This document shows positions 60,766 through 64,000 of a stretch of DNA of 64,000 nt, piece after piece. Origin of the DNA: Hydrurus foetidus (taxonomy: Eukaryota); NCBI GenBank assembly GCA_900617105.1, contig UYFQ01000001.1, positions 744,001 to 808,000 of the forward strand. Reading direction: 5' to 3'. Position 1 is the first letter of the stretch; the number at the start of each line of letters is the position of its first letter. Below the pieces are notes generated by a model. The model did not search any database. It was not told where the DNA came from and saw only the letters and a list, made by a program, of their open reading frames with translations. Made by a program: the position numbers and the translations under genes.

Positions 60766-63099
60766 TCAGAAATCCGCCTTGACTGACACTTGCATGCTGC
60801 GCGGTGCTTGGTAGATGTAGGTGTCCAAAGGTGACGCAACGGTTTTGGCGGCTGCGGTGATGGAAGTCACTGCCCGGCTGTTGGTCAGGTTAAACACATT
60901 GAATTGCAGCTTGAGCGCCTTGGCAAAGGCACCTGGGTTTTTGATGGTGTAAGCCACACCCAGATCAAGATTGCCGTAGGCGGCGGTCTTGTAGTAATCG
61001 TAATAAGCCTGCGTTGTGTAGTCTTTTTGGTAAACCACACCTGTGCGTTTGTAGATCAGAGACGATGCCCAAGGCCCGTTGCTGTAGAGGCCACCCAGGG
61101 CCGCAGTCATTTTGGGCGCACCTGAAATTTGTTGGCCGGTATCGCTGGCCGTTGCCTTGTTGATGGAGCCGTTCGCATACGCAGCAAAGCCACCGCCCAG
61201 CACATAGGCCATTTGCGCTTCAATGCCTTGGTACGTGGCACCACCGATGTTCACAAACGCGGCGGCTGCACCGGCCAAGTTGTTAGAAACCAACTTGTTG
61301 GTGAACTCGATACGGTAAATATCGGCATCCCAGGTGAAGCGGTCTGATTTACCGACCAGCCCGAGCTGGTAATTGGTCGATTTTTGAGGCACGTTGCTGT
61401 TTTGTGCCGGGTTGGTGATGTAGAAGGTGTTCAGATCAGGAATCTGGAAGCCTTTGGCGTACTGGGCATAAGCTGCCAGCTCTGGGGTAATTTGCTGGTT
61501 GACCGTGAGGAAAGGCAGCGTTGCTTTGTAGTTCACAGAAGCCGCATGGTTAAGTTCGCGCGAGGTTTGCTCGACCGCTGCGTTCACAGAGCGCGTGATG
61601 CTGACGTATTTCAAACCAGGGGTAATCGTGGTGCTGGGGGTCGCAGCCCATTCAAATTCAGCAAAGGGCTGCGTCGTTTTGATTTTGGATTGCTGGTCGA
61701 ACAGCACGCTGTCGATAGGGCGGTTGGTGCCGGATAAGAAGTTACCGTTTGCTGCTGTGCCCTCAACCCGGTTGTAGTTGCCGGTGGTCAAGTCCAGGTC
61801 GTACTGGTGGCGGTCGGTGGACGATTGCTCGTACCACAAGCCCACGCGGGCCAACCCTGCATCAAGCTTTTTGGTGGCTTTGATGATGTCGCCGTACACA
61901 CGGTATTTGTTTTGCTTGTCGATGCCGGGAATATCGCCATTGAGCAACACCGCAGAGCCTTTGACCCAAACCCCTGCGGGTGCCGTGCGGCGTGGGTCGG
62001 TGCCTGTAGGCACGGTGCCCGTCCAGGTAGGGTCTGTGGACGATTTGGTCTGATTATCGTAGGCGTAGGTGTAGAGCTGGTTATCGATGTTCCAGCCAGA
62101 ACCCAAATCACTGCGCAGACGGATGTAGCTGAAATCTGTGTTTTTGGTGGTGCTATTGAACCCCTGGTAGTTCATGCTCTTGGGGTCGTTATTGAGCTGG
62201 AAATTTTGTCCAAACGCAGCGATTTGCGACAGCGTTGCGCCCTTGTTGCTGTCAGGCTGGGCGTAGGTTACGTTGTTGATAGAAGAGAAAATCGTCACCA
62301 AAGAGGCATCGCCTACTGGGCGCTCGACCTTGATGGTGTAGTTGTCGCTCTTGATGGGGCTGAAGCTCAGGTAGCCATCTGATTGCAAGTGCTGGTAATT
62401 GAGCTGTACTGTGGCATCGCCAAAGTTGGCCAAGCGGCCACTTTCATACGAGGCACCGTACAAACGGGTGTTCCAGGTGCCGATAGAGGTGAACACGCTG
62501 GTCACAGCCTCTTGCGATGGTTTTTTGGAAAACAGGTTGATGGATCCGCCAAAGGTGGCAAAGCCCAGGTTGCTGGCGTTGCCAGGGCCGCGCTCGACCA
62601 CAGCACCGCCAATGACGGACGCAGGGAAGAACGATGTGGAGTGGTGCGCCGGGTTGTTGGTGTCGCCCCACGGGATACCGTCAAACGTGATGTTGTACTG
62701 GTCGTCCTTGAAGCCACGCATCGTGGTTTTGGTTTCGCTCAGGCCAGGGCCGTTGGCAGAATCACCCGACAGGCTGGGGGCGATGTTGACGATGCGGCTG
62801 TATTCCGCCGTGGGGGCCACTGACAAATCCATGAATTCGCGCGTGATGATGGACTGCGGTTGCGTGGCTTTCAGGCTGGCCTGCGTAGGGGCGATGGCCG
62901 AGGCTGTTCCTTTGGCCGCTTCAGCAGGGCGGTAAGCGCCCGCAGCGGTGGTGGCCCCAATCGTGCCCAAGTCGGTCGGGGCTGCTGCTGATTGGGCGAA
63001 CGCCAGTGGTGCTGAACCTAAAGAAATGCAGAGCAAGGAAAGCAGATGGGGCAATGCCTTGAGGCGAAAAGCCTTGGGAACAGAGGTGTGAGCGTTCAT
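60766..63099 (-). CDS. TonB-dependent receptor
   Basis: Signal peptide, plug (MRGF, FDGIP, VERGPG, GGSIN), NVFNLTN, C-terminal Phe. Confidence 0.93.
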   Translation of the reverse strand: MNAHTSVPKAFRLKALPHLLSLLCISLGSAPLAFAQSAAAPTDLGTIGATTAAGAYRPAEAAKGTASAIAPTQASLKATQPQSIITREFMDLSVAPTAEYSRIVNIAPSLSGDSANGPGLSETKTTMRGFKDDQYNITFDGIPWGDTNNPAHHSTSFFPASVIGGAVVERGPGNASNLGFATFGGSINLFSKKPSQEAVTSVFTSIGTWNTRLYGASYESGRLANFGDATVQLNYQHLQSDGYLSFSPIKSDNYTIKVERPVGDASLVTIFSSINNVTYAQPDSNKGATLSQIAAFGQNFQLNNDPKSMNYQGFNSTTKNTDFSYIRLRSDLGSGWNIDNQLYTYAYDNQTKSSTDPTWTGTVPTGTDPRRTAPAGVWVKGSAVLLNGDIPGIDKQNKYRVYGDIIKATKKLDAGLARVGLWYEQSSTDRHQYDLDLTTGNYNRVEGTAANGNFLSGTNRPIDSVLFDQQSKIKTTQPFAEFEWAATPSTTITPGLKYVSITRSVNAAVEQTSRELNHAASVNYKATLPFLTVNQQITPELAAYAQYAKGFQIPDLNTFYITNPAQNSNVPQKSTNYQLGLVGKSDRFTWDADIYRIEFTNKLVSNNLAGAAAAFVNIGGATYQGIEAQMAYVLGGGFAAYANGSINKATASDTGQQISGAPKMTAALGGLYSNGPWASSLIYKRTGVVYQKDYTTQAYYDYYKTAAYGNLDLGVAYTIKNPGAFAKALKLQFNVFNLTNSRAVTSITAAAKTVASPLDTYIYQAPRSMQVSVKADF

Positions 63100-63232
63100 G
63101 TGGGGCGGTATTTTGTTGAGTAGGTTGAGCGGTTCAACTTATGCTGGCGCAGAAGTCAATCTTTGGACAAAAGAAAGCCATCACCGCCAGCATCAAGGCG
63201 ACAACGCGACAACGCGAATTTATGCGCCGCAT

Positions 63233-63250
63233 ATGACGTGCTTGTGTCAG
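63233..63250 (-). promoter_or_regulatory. Putative Pho box upstream of the TonB receptor operon
   Basis: Minus strand CTGACAC-AAGC-ACGTCAT, an 11-bp-period degenerate match to CTGTCAT-N4-CTGTCAY. Confidence 0.35.
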
Positions 63251-63334
63251 CTCCGAAAATCATCCGAGCGCAGAGTGTGTAAGAACGGGCCAGTTAGACT
63301 GGTTTGCTAACTGGGTTAAATCTTTTTCACCGCT

Positions 63335-64000
63335 ATGAGCCTACCGAACGCAATCCCTTCTTCCTCCTCTTCTATTTCTGGCGTGGTCCCCCTAGGCGGC
63401 ATCGTCATGGTGCTGTGTGCCGCTGTGCTGTGGGGCACCACGGGCACGGCGCAGAGCCTGGCACCGCTCACCTTGTCGCCTTATGTCGTGGGGGCGATGC
63501 GCTTGGGTGTGGCGGCCTTGTTTTTTGCGGCGTATCTGGCACTCATACCGCGTGGGGTTGTGCCGCTGACGGTGGCTTTGCGTAGCCTTCCTTGGCGTTG
63601 GGTGGTGGCTGCGGGGGCGTGCGTTGCTGTCTATAACCTCACATTTTTTGCTGGCATCAAGGCCAGCAGCGTTGCTGTGGGGACGGCTGTAGCGATTGGC
63701 AGTGGGCCGATTTGGGCGGGGGTGTTGCAGTTTGCGTTCACTGGCAAAGCGCCCCGTGTGGTGTGGTGGTGGGGGACGCTCTTGGCGGTGGCGGGCGGCA
63801 GTTTGATGGTGATAGGCGGCGGAGGCGGTGCTGATGGCAGTGGCGCTGTGCAGTTCACTGCATCCGGTATTGCGCTGTGCTTGACCTCTGGGCTGACTTA
63901 TGCCGCCTATGCCTTGGTCAACAAACGCTTGGTCGCCCTGGCTGCGCCTGCTGTGGTGACGGCCAGTGTGTTTACCGTGGCGGCGGCGCTGGCCTTGCCG
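63335..64000 (+). CDS. EamA/DMT family transporter, truncated by the right window edge
   Basis: Manual translation MSLPNAIP...MVLCAAVLWGTTGTAQSLAP...VGAMRLG...FFAGIK...VAVGTAVAIGSGP; no stop seen in the window. Confidence 0.85.
   Translation, partial: MSLPNAIPSSSSSISGVVPLGGIVMVLCAAVLWGTTGTAQSLAPLTLSPYVVGAMRLGVAALFFAAYLALIPRGVVPLTVALRSLPWRWVVAAGACVAVYNLTFFAGIKASSVAVGTAVAIGSGPIWAGVLQFAFTGKAPRVVWWWGTLLAVAGGSLMVIGGGGGADGSGAVQFTASGIALCLTSGLTYAAYALVNKRLVALAAPAVVTASVFTVAAALALP

Overview
A 64-kb chromosomal window from a GC-rich betaproteobacterium; gene content and order suggest Comamonadaceae (Rhodoferax-like, an inference). Housekeeping genes (phaR, rimO, tRNA-Leu(CAG), rnr, manC, aidB-like, moeA/mobA/moaA, guaB/guaA, an RND pump) alternate with small accessory modules: a CHAT/TPR protein running off the left edge, a permuted pqi operon, SOS-boxed umuDC, a hybrid kinase plus a receptor-less cheY-STAS-cheA-cheW operon, vapBC coupled to the Moco genes, an NHL lipoprotein, cytochrome c + SCO, a PBP-DUF2141-Tat carotenoid oxygenase cluster, a diguanylate cyclase, ggt/LysR, and a TonB receptor-ExbBD-TonB-phosphoesterase-Asp-box operon. 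The most notable non-genic signals are: (1) a degenerate ~56-bp element with core GCTAY-N7-RTAGC seen about 8 times, mostly inside coding sequences; (2) two single-gene insertions, each followed by a decayed duplicate of the upstream gene's 3' end (guaB; carotenoid oxygenase), with no integrase in the window; (3) a tandem MshEN-type c-di-GMP-binding motif inside CheA. No CRISPR array, rRNA, transposase or integrase was recognised.
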